Numbered from the stretch's first letter, positions 1 through 9,828 are shown. The stretch: DNA of 64,000 bases from Treponemataceae bacterium (GCA_963677895.2 CAXXGJ010000018.1:96001-160000), one strand, 5' to 3'. A program made the numbers and translations. The notes: a model not told the origin generated them from the letters alone.

Positions 1-2098
1 CCCTGGAATCGAAAACCCCCTCGGCCACGGAAGCCGAGAGCGCTTCCAGGTCCTTGAAGGCGGCCAGAAGCCCTTCCAAGGAAGGACCCGTGCCAGCTTC
101 GCGCGCCTTCTCCGGCGAAGCCTGGGGATAGAGGCTTCCAAGCAGCGACCAGGCATAGCGCAGCTTGTCCCTGGGGTAGATTTCCGACAATGTCTGATAT
201 TCGGCATGGAATTCGCGCCAGGTGGGGTATTCTCCCGCGCCTGCTTTCGCGAGAATCTTTTCGAGGCGAAGCCTGGATACCAGGAGCCCTCCCAGGTTTT
301 CCCATTCGACGCCAACCCGGCAGTTTTCGTCAGGCTTGAGCGCCGTTTCGATATCGTTCCAGCTTGAGGACTGGGGATTTTCAGACAAGAAATGGACTAT
401 TTCCCGTCCCGCGAACCAGAGGAGCATCTCCCTGTACGCCCGCCAGGCCTGCGCCGGTTTCCTGATGACGCATTCCCTCGCCGAATGCTCGACATGAACC
501 GCCACGACATCGAAGGGAAGCGCGCCCGCGCTTTCGCTCAGGATCGCCCGCCCGAGCTTCCTCAGCGGCTCCTGCGCGGAGGCTTCCGGATTGTCATTGC
601 GATACCTGATGAAAGCCCTGCCGGTCATCTCTTCGAGAAGGGCGATGGCCGACAGGATTTCCTCGGCCGTATCAGGCGCGAAGGGCGAATATTCCAGGCG
701 AAGTCGCTTGTCGCTCCTGGCGTCGCGCGAGTGGAATTTCCCTTCGTTGCGCATCAGGGCATACTTGTTGCTTATCCACCAGAAAGCGGGCAGGAGAATG
801 AGTCGGTCTCGCTTGTAGTCGTTGTCGACGAGGCAGAAGGGAAAGGGAATGTCGAGCTCGAAACGATAGTCCCCCTTGGCCAGGAGACAGAAGGACGCGA
901 AACGCGACGAGTGTTTCACCGAGGTGCATAACCCCGGCCAGAAACCGCGGCCCGCTTCGATCTCCCCGTCCGGAGCCCTGGAGTTGTGGTTGGAACCTAT
1001 CGTGGCTCCCGCCGCCATGTTGGATTGGCCCTTGACGAGACTGGCGATCAGGAAGCTCGTGTTGTGGTGCTGTTCGTGCGCCGGAAAAATGAGATTGTTG
1101 AGGATTTCGCAGCAGGAAACGGTGGAATTTTCGCCCAGGACCGAATGGATGAGCCTCGCCCCATATTTTAGCGATGACGCGTCGCAGAGCACGAAACGCA
1201 CGGCCTTGCAGCCGTAGAAAACCTTGCAGCCATAGCCGATGATGCCGTTGACCAGTTCCACGCCTTCGCCTATCTGCGTTCTCGCGTCTTCCTTCGACTT
1301 GATGGTCAGGTTCTTGAGCTTGTTGGCACCCTTGATGTAGGCGCTTTCCCCTATCGCCACGTCCTTGATCACGCCGTTCGATTTCAGCACCGAACAATTC
1401 CCGATGGTGCCGTAACGCCCTCTGCGGGCATCGAACATGACATCGGTCATCCTGCCGAATTCCTTCATCAGATCGCCCCGGTCACGATTGCGGGCCCAAA
1501 GATAGGCATCGGCGCATGTCATATCGGCGAAGGGGTATACCCAGCGCCCGCCGCCCTCGTTCATGACATCGATAGTGATGCGGACTTCCTCGCCTTCGCC
1601 TTCCACCACATTGCCGTTGCCGAATTTCGAATGATTCGATACGTGGACCTCGGCGTTGTCTATCAGGATGCAGTTGTCCCCAATGATATAATGGGCGATA
1701 TAGGCGCAATTGTTTATCACGCAGTTGTTTCCTATATCGCAGGCGATGATCTGGGAATTGGAGATTCCGGCGAAGAGATGAAGATCGTGATGTTCCAGGG
1801 TGATTTCCTCGAGACAGCCTATTCTCACGAGCCCCGCGAACGAGGTGTTATAGATGAGTTCGGGGGTGAAGGGATCGGCGACGAAGATCTGCGACCAATC
1901 GCTGCAGGTATTGTTCTGCCTGATAAGAGTTTCGAGCTCGAAAGGCTTCAGCTTCCTGTAACTGGCAGGGTTCTTGCCGGCCGCGAGGAACTGCTCGTTC
2001 CTGATCCTGTATTCATCTTCCTCTGGACCGAGATATTGAGCCGGGATAAAACCCGTACCGACATTGAGGTCAAAGCTGACTTTGATATCGTTATTCAT
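1..2098 (-). CDS. DUF4954-family protein with a left-handed beta-helix-like region; 3' end lies outside the window
   Basis: Missing from the ORF track because there is no stop inside the window. Hand translation from ATG 2098 stays open to the edge: MNNDIKVSFDLNVGTGFIP...NNTCSDWSQIFV...GEGVELVNGIIGYGCKVFYG...HEQHHNTSFLIA...GATIGSNHNSR...GRGFWPGL. I recall these motifs from DUF4954 proteins of Bacteroidota and spirochaetes. Confidence 0.8.
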   Translation of the reverse strand, partial: MNNDIKVSFDLNVGTGFIPAQYLGPEEDEYRIRNEQFLAAGKNPASYRKLKPFELETLIRQNNTCSDWSQIFVADPFTPELIYNTSFAGLVRIGCLEEITLEHHDLHLFAGISNSQIIACDIGNNCVINNCAYIAHYIIGDNCILIDNAEVHVSNHSKFGNGNVVEGEGEEVRITIDVMNEGGGRWVYPFADMTCADAYLWARNRDRGDLMKEFGRMTDVMFDARRGRYGTIGNCSVLKSNGVIKDVAIGESAYIKGANKLKNLTIKSKEDARTQIGEGVELVNGIIGYGCKVFYGCKAVRFVLCDASSLKYGARLIHSVLGENSTVSCCEILNNLIFPAHEQHHNTSFLIASLVKGQSNMAAGATIGSNHNSRAPDGEIEAGRGFWPGLCTSVKHSSRFASFCLLAKGDYRFELDIPFPFCLVDNDYKRDRLILLPAFWWISNKYALMRNEGKFHSRDARSDKRLRLEYSPFAPDTAEEILSAIALLEEMTGRAFIRYRNDNPEASAQEPLRKLGRAILSESAGALPFDVVAVHVEHSARECVIRKPAQAWRAYREMLLWFAGREIVHFLSENPQSSSWNDIETALKPDENCRVGVEWENLGGLLVSRLRLEKILAKAGAGEYPTWREFHAEYQTLSEIYPRDKLRYAWSLLGSLYPQASPEKAREAGTGPSLEGLLAAFKDLEALSASVAEGVFDSR

Positions 2099-2243
2099 GG
2101 GAAAAATTATCCGGCATTTTCCGGAAGCGCGCAAGGCTCGATGCAAGGAGCTTGCGCAACACTCTGACCACATTTTTCCCCATCAGGAAAAGACGGTTTT
2201 TAACCCCTTGACCAAAAGGGGCGCTTTTCGACATCGTACAGCT

Positions 2244-2828
2244 ATGGATCATGCTGAAACTTCAATGTTGGATACCTATCTCACGGATTCTGAGAAAAGG
2301 ACACTGGAGTTGTTTCATGCCCTCGTCACCGAAAAGAGTTCTATGCGTGAATCCTATGCGATCCGTCTGGCTGATGTCCTCGGCAATCCCGGGGAATTCT
2401 CCTTCTATATCCACTGCACGGAAGACCAGCAGCTGATTCGGACCTTCCACCTCCTCCGCGTTTTCCGCGAAAACGTGGAACTCCTCGTCCACAAGACCTG
2501 GGTCAACGAAGCCGATGAAAAACCCAAGCAGATTCTCTTTGAAGATCTCAAGGTCTTCATCGAGGACTACAGGACGGAAAGGATGGGGTCGGCCTTCAGA
2601 CGTTTCGTGAGCATCGCCCGCGCCATTCCCTCCCTTCTCTTCGGCTCGGCGGGAAGAGCTCCCGATTTCCTGGAATACGCGTTCCGCATAGATCCCAAGT
2701 TCGGCCTTTTCTTCTGGTATGTCGGCGAGCTGGAAAAACAGATGCGCTCCAATGTTGAAATCGTCGACAAGGACAATCTCTACAGGATCGAGACGCTCCT
2801 GGGCGCTTACATCCTTTCCTGCTTCTGA
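2244..2828 (+). CDS. Hypothetical protein, mostly helical, about 194 aa
   Basis: Part of ORF 2064..2828. The first ATG clear of the divergent gene is at 2244 (MDHAETSMLDTYL). It fills the gap between neighbours with normal codon usage; no recognisable motif. Confidence 0.7.
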   Translation: MDHAETSMLDTYLTDSEKRTLELFHALVTEKSSMRESYAIRLADVLGNPGEFSFYIHCTEDQQLIRTFHLLRVFRENVELLVHKTWVNEADEKPKQILFEDLKVFIEDYRTERMGSAFRRFVSIARAIPSLLFGSAGRAPDFLEYAFRIDPKFGLFFWYVGELEKQMRSNVEIVDKDNLYRIETLLGAYILSCF

Positions 2829-2849
2829 GTCCCTTGTCGCCGCCCATCT

Positions 2850-4181
2850 TCATCGCGCGATGGAGATGACAGCCTCCCCCCTCGAATCGCTTTCCTCGTC
2901 CAGATAGACCCTCGCCCCCGTTCCGCAGAGCCAATCGCCTATCGGCATAAGAATTCCCAGCTCGAGTCTCCCCAGCCATTCGATCCTCGCGCTCCCCGAA
3001 AGACCTAGCTTGAATGTCTGGCAAAGCCCCAGTTCCACGGCCATGGTTGATGAAAGGGCGCAGAGGGCAGAAAACTTCGGTTCTATGGCGACTGCCTGGA
3101 TGACCGCGGGCGGGCCGGATTCCCCCAACGATCGCCGAGGCAGGCCTATGCCCGCGGTCATGGTTCCCGTCAGCAGGAAGGGATCGGCCAAGGCCGAATA
3201 ACGCAGGCGGAGTCCCGACTCCAGGAGGTCATCGTCGCCGCCGGCGAGAAGCGCGATGCCGAGGCTTCTGTTTCTTTCGCGGCTGAGCCGCCTCCATTCC
3301 AGCCCCGCGGAGAGACGCGAAGCGACCGAAAAGGGTCTCCATTCATTTGCCTTGACGCTCGCCTCGGCGAAGAGGGCGATGGCGTCGGAGGGAGCCCATT
3401 CGCCCGCGAAAAAGATCGTGGGCGAAAAGGAAAAGCCATCAGCCCCGCGCATTGAAGCGGCCGACATCCCCAGTTCGACACGGAGATTCTCCAAGCCCTT
3501 CTTTCGCGCGGCGACATTTGCCGCTCCTCCCCCGAAAGCGGAACCCGCGATCAAGTCCAGCCGCTTTCTGCGAAGCGAAGCGGCCTTTTTCGCCTCATCG
3601 ACGATAGTCTGGGGCCGGCCCTCCCTCTCCGGGGCGAGGAGAGGCAGGAGAGCATATCCCGAAGCCCTGCCGGCAAGTTCCTCGCTCGAAAGCGCCACGA
3701 GCCCATCGGCCGGATCGGCCAGGACCGCATAGCCGTCCTCGGCTCCCAAAGCCAGGACAAAGTGCGGCGCCGGCTTATCGTAATGAAGCACGATGGGCGC
3801 CGGACCGGCGAGAATAGCGTCCATGGCGCCGGGGACAATCCGCAGGAGAAGCGAGGGAATTCCGTAATCGGTCAGGACGCGCGCCATGGAGCCGAGGCTC
3901 AGGGTCTTCGGGGTCTCCATGCTGCCTAGTCCTTTCCTGGAGGCCCCGCCGTATCGTTCCAGCAGCTGGGCTTCGTCGACGGCAACCTGGAGAGGGTAAC
4001 CAGAACCGACGGCTTTGCTCCGCGCCGCCGCCAATCCGATGAGTCCAGCCAGGACGGCATATCCGCAGGAGTTGGCTTCGGACTGTCGCGGCACGATGGA
4101 GAAAAAGAGACTTTCGCAGGTTTGGGGAGCCTGCATCTGCAAGGACGATACGAGGGCCAGCACCAGGCCGAATTCTCTCAT
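2850..4181 (-). CDS. Exported C39-family cysteine peptidase fused to a C-terminal beta-strand-rich (possibly outer-membrane barrel) domain
   Basis: GGAGG RBS and a hydrophobic N-terminus. C39 signatures RQSEANSCGYAVLA (Q..C), PHFVLA (H) and VLADPADG (D). The last ~210 aa show alternating amphipathic strand patterns. No ABC transmembrane or ATPase domain. Confidence 0.7.
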   Translation of the reverse strand: MREFGLVLALVSSLQMQAPQTCESLFFSIVPRQSEANSCGYAVLAGLIGLAAARSKAVGSGYPLQVAVDEAQLLERYGGASRKGLGSMETPKTLSLGSMARVLTDYGIPSLLLRIVPGAMDAILAGPAPIVLHYDKPAPHFVLALGAEDGYAVLADPADGLVALSSEELAGRASGYALLPLLAPEREGRPQTIVDEAKKAASLRRKRLDLIAGSAFGGGAANVAARKKGLENLRVELGMSAASMRGADGFSFSPTIFFAGEWAPSDAIALFAEASVKANEWRPFSVASRLSAGLEWRRLSRERNRSLGIALLAGGDDDLLESGLRLRYSALADPFLLTGTMTAGIGLPRRSLGESGPPAVIQAVAIEPKFSALCALSSTMAVELGLCQTFKLGLSGSARIEWLGRLELGILMPIGDWLCGTGARVYLDEESDSRGEAVISIAR

Positions 4182-4325
4182 TGCGTACCTCCTCGGTTCA
4201 AAGACAAGACGCGTGGGGAGGAGGCGGTCGATTCAATGGTCCGAATATAACGTTATTCGCTTGACATAATGTCCTGACGGTGGCGTAAATGATGGCTGCA
4301 TATAGTATCAGCCCCTGGGGATTCC

Positions 4326-5459
4326 ATGAAAAAACGCGATTTTTATAAAAAGGCTTTGAACGTATTCCTTTTATTGGCGCTTGTTTTTTTCTTGCCCGCG
4401 AAACTTTGCGCGCAATTGAGGCTATTCGACGGAGGATTGGCCTTCAACCTCATCGACAGCGATTCGCTCTATCCTGAGTATCTCGCCGATCCCTACTCCC
4501 TCACGTCAGGCTTCAAGTATTTCCAGGTGACCGATTACTCCGGCCTTCCCCAAACCATCCTCGCTTCCAACGGAACCGAATATGTGGAGATCCCCTTCGC
4601 TCACTACAGCGAGAGTGAATTCTCAAGCCGCAACAGCTTCTACCAGATAAAGGGCTTCATCAATCTCAGCTTCGCGAGGCTGGAACTCTGGGACTTTCTC
4701 AAGGCCGAAGTGACGACGAATGGCGGGATCAACACCGTCTTCCAGGCTTTCGGGGGAACGGACACCCTCGGTTTCGACGGAATATGGCGGCTCGCCGGAA
4801 CCCTGCGCCTCTTCGACGCGATTTCGCTCCGCTATGGCTGGCACCATTTCTCCGGCCATTGGGGCGACGAGACGATCTCGGACCTGCCTCAGCCTGGAGA
4901 CGCCGATTACATTCCATACACGCATTTGGAAGAATATACGCGAGCCAGCTCCCACGTGTTCGGGCTGTCGGCCAACCCCAAGCCCTGGGCGCGGCTCTAC
5001 TTCGAGGCCGAACTTCCGATGCTCGAATCCTGGATCCGACCGGGCATCCATGTTCCCGCCGGTTTTCTCTCACCGAGCGGCGACGACCTGGCCTATCACA
5101 TCCTCAATCAGGAAGGGCTGGTCGAGGAAGTGGGGAGTCTGCCCGCTTCATACAAGGCCTGGAGGTTGCAGGCGGGAGCGGAACTGAGGTGTCTCCTTGG
5201 CGATTGGGGCTCGCTTTTTCTCGCCGGCGATTTCCAGCTCCACCAGGATGGCCAGACCCTCCACCAGGTCGGGGGCTATGATCCCGAGAATCCCTGGGAG
5301 TTCGAATATACTGTCGGGGGAGGGCTGGAGTATGAAAAGGGCTTTATGGGCCGGAAGATCCGGGTAGAAGCCTTTTACCACGCGGGGCGTTTTCCCCTCA
5401 CCAACTATTTCTTCCTGAGGAGCGACTATATCTCGATAGGTCTGGCGATCAACAACTGA
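4326..5459 (+). CDS. Signal-peptide-bearing DUF1207-like beta-barrel/outer-membrane protein
   Basis: Sec-type signal ending LCA-Q. WHHFSGHWGDE resembles the HxSxHLGDE motif of DUF1207. Amphipathic strands end in YISIGLAINN. Confidence 0.6.
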   Translation: MKKRDFYKKALNVFLLLALVFFLPAKLCAQLRLFDGGLAFNLIDSDSLYPEYLADPYSLTSGFKYFQVTDYSGLPQTILASNGTEYVEIPFAHYSESEFSSRNSFYQIKGFINLSFARLELWDFLKAEVTTNGGINTVFQAFGGTDTLGFDGIWRLAGTLRLFDAISLRYGWHHFSGHWGDETISDLPQPGDADYIPYTHLEEYTRASSHVFGLSANPKPWARLYFEAELPMLESWIRPGIHVPAGFLSPSGDDLAYHILNQEGLVEEVGSLPASYKAWRLQAGAELRCLLGDWGSLFLAGDFQLHQDGQTLHQVGGYDPENPWEFEYTVGGGLEYEKGFMGRKIRVEAFYHAGRFPLTNYFFLRSDYISIGLAINN

Positions 5460-5479
5460 TTTTTGCGGCCGCCGAGCGA

Positions 5480-7507
5480 TTACCTGTTGGACTTAGGCTG
5501 AAAGTGGCTGAACTCCATCGAGAAGGAAGCCCTGCCCTGGCTCACCGAACGCAGGGAAGTCGTGAAGCCGAACATGGTGGAGAGCGGGGCTTCCACATGC
5601 ACGACCTCGATCAGCGCCTTCGAATCCGAACCATGGATCAGGCCGCCTCGCTGGGATACGAGGCTCATCACCTCTCCCACGAAATCCTTCGGCGTGGAAA
5701 TATCCACTTTCATGATGGGTTCGAGGAGAACGGGGCTCGCGGTGCGGCATGCCGAATCGTAGGCCATGTTGGCGCAGGCCTCGAAGGCGAACACGCTGGA
5801 CGTGAGTTCGTCGTAGTGAATGTCCACAAGGTTGATGCCGATGTCGACGGCCGGGTAGCCGAACTGGATGCCCGACGCGAAAGCCGAAGTGATGCCGCGT
5901 TCGATAGCGTCGAATATTTCCTCCGGCACCTGCGGCGCGCGTACGGCTTTTTTGTATACGTTGCCGGTGCCGCGGGGGAGGGGAATCGCCTCGATCGTTA
6001 GCTTGGCGGTGTTTTCCTTGCCGGCGAGAACCCGGTTGAACTCCTCTGTATGCCGCACTTCCTTCGTGATGGATTCGCGATAGGTCACCTGCGGATTTCC
6101 GACCCGCGCCTGAACCTTGAAATCGCGAAGCATTCGCGTCACGAGGACATCGATATGGAGTTCGCCCATGCCCGAGATGACGAGCTGCCCGGTCTCTTCG
6201 TTGTCCCTCGTGGTAAAGGTGGGGTCTTCGCGCGACAGGATGTCGAGGGTTTCCTTGAGTTTCTCCCTGTCCGAGAGGGTCTTGGGCTCGATGGACACCG
6301 ATATGACCGGTTCGGGGAAATGCATGCGTTCCAGCAGCACCGGCCAGCCTTCGGTGCCTATCGTATCGCCGGTCTGGGCTGTCTTGAGCCCCACGATGAC
6401 CGCGATGTCGCCCGCGCCGGCTGTCTCGAGAGGTTCGCTCTTGTTGGCGTGCATCCTGAGGAGGCGGGTGATGCGTTCCCGCTTTTTCTTCGAAACGTTG
6501 TAAACGACGCTGGCGTTATGGATGCTTCCGGAGTACATGCGCACATAGCACAAGGGGCCCGCTTCCCTGTCCCATTGCACCTTGAACACGAGGCCGAGGG
6601 GGTAGCCCGACAGCTTGCAGGGCACTTCTATCTCTTCTTCCTTCTTCGCGTGGATGGCCTTTACGGGTTCTACTTCATCGGGCGCGGGAAGATAATCGAC
6701 GACGGCGTCGAGAAGAGGCTGCACGCCGATATCCCGCCGTGAGGCTCCGCAGAGCACGGGCACGAGGATTCTGGCGATGCATACCTTTCGCAGTTCGGAC
6801 CTTATAAGTTCGGCGGGGATGTCCTCGCCGTTGAGGTACAGTTCGGTGATCGCGTCGGAATGCGAGGAGAGAGCGTCGAGGAGAGTGTCCCTTCGTGCCA
6901 GCGCGTCAGCTTTCCTTTCGTCGGCGATAGGAGTCACCGTCATTTCGTTGCCGTCGCCGCTCCAGCGGATTTCCCGCATGGCGATGAGGTCGATGACGCC
7001 TTCGAAACTGGCCGAAGCGCCGATGGGGACGTTGATGGCGACGGGCGAAGCGCCCAGTTTCGCCCTCATGTCCGCGAGGACAGCGTCGAAATCGGCGCCG
7101 AGCCTGTCCATTTTATTGACATAAGCGATGCGGGGAACTTTATACTTGTCGGCTTGATGCCAGACTGTTTCAGACTGGGGTTCGACGCCGCCTACCGCGC
7201 AGAATACCGCCACGGCTCCGTCCAGCACGCGGAGGGAGCGTTCCACTTCGGCCGTGAAATCCACATGTCCCGGCGTGTCGATGATATTGATCTGATGATC
7301 CCGCCAGAAGGTGGTCGTGGCGGCGCTCTGTATCGTTATGCCGCGTTCCTGTTCCTGATCCATCCAGTCCATCGTGGCTTCGCCGTCGTCCACCTCGCCA
7401 ATCTTGTAGGTTTTTCCGGAAAAGTAGAGTATGCGTTCCGTCGTCGTGGTTTTGCCGGCATCAATATGAGCCATGATCCCTATATTTCGTATTGTGCGAA
7501 GTTCCAT
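5480..7507 (-). CDS. fusA: Elongation factor G, stand-alone paralogue (probably spirochaete EF-G2)
   Basis: RNIGIMAHIDAGKTTTTERIL, ERGITI, DTPGHVDF, NKMD and GMGELH motifs. Start set at ATG 7507 (MELRTIRN) behind GGAG. Not flanked by rpsL/rpsG/tuf. Confidence 0.95.
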   Translation of the reverse strand: MELRTIRNIGIMAHIDAGKTTTTERILYFSGKTYKIGEVDDGEATMDWMDQEQERGITIQSAATTTFWRDHQINIIDTPGHVDFTAEVERSLRVLDGAVAVFCAVGGVEPQSETVWHQADKYKVPRIAYVNKMDRLGADFDAVLADMRAKLGASPVAINVPIGASASFEGVIDLIAMREIRWSGDGNEMTVTPIADERKADALARRDTLLDALSSHSDAITELYLNGEDIPAELIRSELRKVCIARILVPVLCGASRRDIGVQPLLDAVVDYLPAPDEVEPVKAIHAKKEEEIEVPCKLSGYPLGLVFKVQWDREAGPLCYVRMYSGSIHNASVVYNVSKKKRERITRLLRMHANKSEPLETAGAGDIAVIVGLKTAQTGDTIGTEGWPVLLERMHFPEPVISVSIEPKTLSDREKLKETLDILSREDPTFTTRDNEETGQLVISGMGELHIDVLVTRMLRDFKVQARVGNPQVTYRESITKEVRHTEEFNRVLAGKENTAKLTIEAIPLPRGTGNVYKKAVRAPQVPEEIFDAIERGITSAFASGIQFGYPAVDIGINLVDIHYDELTSSVFAFEACANMAYDSACRTASPVLLEPIMKVDISTPKDFVGEVMSLVSQRGGLIHGSDSKALIEVVHVEAPLSTMFGFTTSLRSVSQGRASFSMEFSHFQPKSNR

Positions 7508-7658
7508 CGAATGCTCCGAGGCGCAGGATAGTATCAAATGACAATATATACAAAAACGGCAACGGTTTTCAACCCGAGAAGGAGGCAGCGCACTATGTAG
7601 GTAGATATATTCCGCAGCCATCTTGAAATAGAAGGTCTTTACATCCTATAACATTATT

Positions 7659-9740
7659 GTGAAAAGAGTAGAATTACTTGCGCCGGCCGGTTCGCCGGAA
7701 GCGCTTAATGCGGCCCTCGGCGAGGGCGCGGATGCGGTGTACCTTGGCCTTCGCTCGTTCAATGCCAGAATGCGCTCGGCAAATTTCGCCTTCAATCAAT
7801 TCGAGGCGAGTCTGCAAGTCATCCATGAGCATGGCAAAAAGGTATATGTAACAGTCAATACGGTCTTCGAGGAGAGGGAAACTGATAGAGTGTATCAGTT
7901 GCTTCAATTTCTCAACAGACTCAAACCCGACGGCATAATCGTCCAGGACCTGGGCGTGCTCAAGATGGCGAGGGACAATTTCCCCTCGCTGGACCTCCAT
8001 GCCTCCACGCAGATGAACGTGGCCTCCTCGCGCGGCTGTCACTTTCTTTCGCGTCAGGGCTTCAAGCGCGCTGTCCTCGCCAGGGAACTCACGCTCGAGG
8101 AAATCCGGACGGTCCGGCAGAGCACTCCTCTCGAGCTGGAAGTCTTCGTGCATGGCGCGCTCTGCGTGTCGGCATCGGGCGTCTGCCTCTTTTCATCCTA
8201 TCTGGGGGGAAAGAGCGCCAACAGGGGAGCCTGCACCCAGGCCTGCAGGCGGCTCTACGAGTCCGAGACGAAGAAAGCCTTTTTCTTCTCGCCCGACGAT
8301 CTCCAGCTCATAGATTATGTGCCGGACCTTATCGACATGGGCATAGACTCCTTCAAGATAGAAGGCAGGATGAAATCCGCCGAATATGTCGGCACCGTAG
8401 TCGCGGCCTATCGACACCTCATCGACAACTGCCAGTCCGACCGCGAAAGGGCCCTTGCCAAGGCAAAAGCCATGCTTCAGGCGGATTTCGCGCGCAGGAA
8501 GACGACTTTCTTCGTCGGCAGCGACAATCCAGAATTTATCCATCCCGACCAGGCCGGCGGAACCGGCATCCATCTCGGCAAGGTAAAGGACATAAGGGCT
8601 ATCGACGAGGAACATTGGGCGGTGATGAACAGCTTCGACGGGCTCGCTGAAGGCGACTCCGTCCGAATCCATCGAGCCGACGATTCGGGCAGGATCACGG
8701 CCAAAATCAGGGGCGTGAAGAGCCAGGTAAACGGCATGCTTCTCAAGATCGACGGCGATTGGCGCCAGAATGACGATATATACCTGATTCAGACCGCTTC
8801 GATGGCCAGAAGATACAAGAACGTTCTGCCCCATAGCCTGGACCGATACAGGGCCTTCCCCTCGAGGGATGAGGCTCCCCGACCTCAGTTCGCCATGCCT
8901 CCGAAGAAAGACACTTCCTCGCTTCCGGCCGGATACTACGCGCTGGTGGGCAAGGTAGCCGACCTGCACGCGGTGCTTGCCGCCGCGCCGCAGAAGGCCA
9001 TGATCGTCTTCGACAAGCTCAACGCTGAATCCATGCGGAAGAACGAATCCACCATTCCCTACAAGAGGGACCGGCTGGTCCTCTGGCTCGACCCTTATTA
9101 CCCCGAGAGCGATGTCGCGTGGCTGGAGCCGGAACTCGACTACTGGATTTCCAAGGGCGTTCGCTACATCGTGGCCAACAACCTCGGCCACCTGGGCTAT
9201 CTTCGCGGAAAAGACCTGGATGTCATCGCTGGACCCTGGCTCTATGCCTTCAATCTTTGGGCCGCGGGATTCCTCTTCGACCAGGGCGTCCGCTACCTGA
9301 TTCCGCCGATGGAAATCTCCAAACAGAATTTCATGCGAATCGCAGAGAGCGTTCCGCCTTCGGCGATGATGCCCATCACCTTCTCCTATCCTCAGCTTTT
9401 CAGGATTAGAGGGGATCTCAGCGCGAAATATGACTCTTCCCACTTCCTCGACAGGGACGGCGCTTCGTATACGATGAACGGCCGCAGGGATTACACGGTT
9501 GTAGTGCCGGACAGGCCCTTCTCAATCATCGACAGGACAGCTTTCCTCCGAAAAGAGCATATCGATAAGTTCATTCTCGATCTTTCGAACGCGAATCCCG
9601 CGCGCGGCATGTTCAGGGATATCGCTAAGGCAGCCGCCGAGGGCAAAGTACTCCCCGACGCATCCCGTTTCAACTGGAAAGATGGGTTCTACAACGAGGA
9701 TGAGACGCCGCAAGGCAAGTCGCCGCAGGAGAAAGCCTGA
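7659..9740 (+). CDS. U32-family Fe-S protein (RlhA/TrhP-like RNA hydroxylation family)
   Basis: ELLAPAGS, GADAVYLG, HASTQ, LEVFVHGALCVSASGVC, RGACTQACR and FKIEGRMK motifs. The long C-terminus fits the RlhA-size subgroup. Confidence 0.85.
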   Translation: MKRVELLAPAGSPEALNAALGEGADAVYLGLRSFNARMRSANFAFNQFEASLQVIHEHGKKVYVTVNTVFEERETDRVYQLLQFLNRLKPDGIIVQDLGVLKMARDNFPSLDLHASTQMNVASSRGCHFLSRQGFKRAVLARELTLEEIRTVRQSTPLELEVFVHGALCVSASGVCLFSSYLGGKSANRGACTQACRRLYESETKKAFFFSPDDLQLIDYVPDLIDMGIDSFKIEGRMKSAEYVGTVVAAYRHLIDNCQSDRERALAKAKAMLQADFARRKTTFFVGSDNPEFIHPDQAGGTGIHLGKVKDIRAIDEEHWAVMNSFDGLAEGDSVRIHRADDSGRITAKIRGVKSQVNGMLLKIDGDWRQNDDIYLIQTASMARRYKNVLPHSLDRYRAFPSRDEAPRPQFAMPPKKDTSSLPAGYYALVGKVADLHAVLAAAPQKAMIVFDKLNAESMRKNESTIPYKRDRLVLWLDPYYPESDVAWLEPELDYWISKGVRYIVANNLGHLGYLRGKDLDVIAGPWLYAFNLWAAGFLFDQGVRYLIPPMEISKQNFMRIAESVPPSAMMPITFSYPQLFRIRGDLSAKYDSSHFLDRDGASYTMNGRRDYTVVVPDRPFSIIDRTAFLRKEHIDKFILDLSNANPARGMFRDIAKAAAEGKVLPDASRFNWKDGFYNEDETPQGKSPQEKA

Positions 9741-9766
9741 TCGAGAATATCGGCATAAATTTCCGC

Positions 9767-9795
9767 TTGACGCCGATGCTACAGCGCTATATTCT
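9767..9795 (+). promoter_or_regulatory. Sigma70-type promoter of the IclR gene
   Basis: TTGACG (9767-9772), 17 bp spacer, TATTCT (9790-9795). Confidence 0.65.
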
Positions 9796-9799
9796 TACT

Positions 9800-9828
9800 C
9801 AAATAATGAAACGCTGTTTTATTATTTG
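9800..9828. promoter_or_regulatory. AT-rich inverted repeat, likely IclR operator
   Basis: CAAATAATGAAAC-GCT-GTTTTATTATTTG: 13-bp arms with one mismatch, immediately downstream of the -10 box. Confidence 0.6.

Noticed and set aside
672..1397. 241-aa minus-strand ORF, plus the plus-strand ORFs 392..931 and 1631..2167
   Set aside because: These are alternative-frame or antisense shadows of the DUF4954 gene (2098 to the window edge), which the ORF track missed because it has no stop in the window.
7508..7621. Cys/His-rich 38-aa N-terminal extension of EF-G in the ORF track
   Set aside because: It spans the AT-rich divergent promoter region. EF-G homology and an SD both point to ATG 7507.
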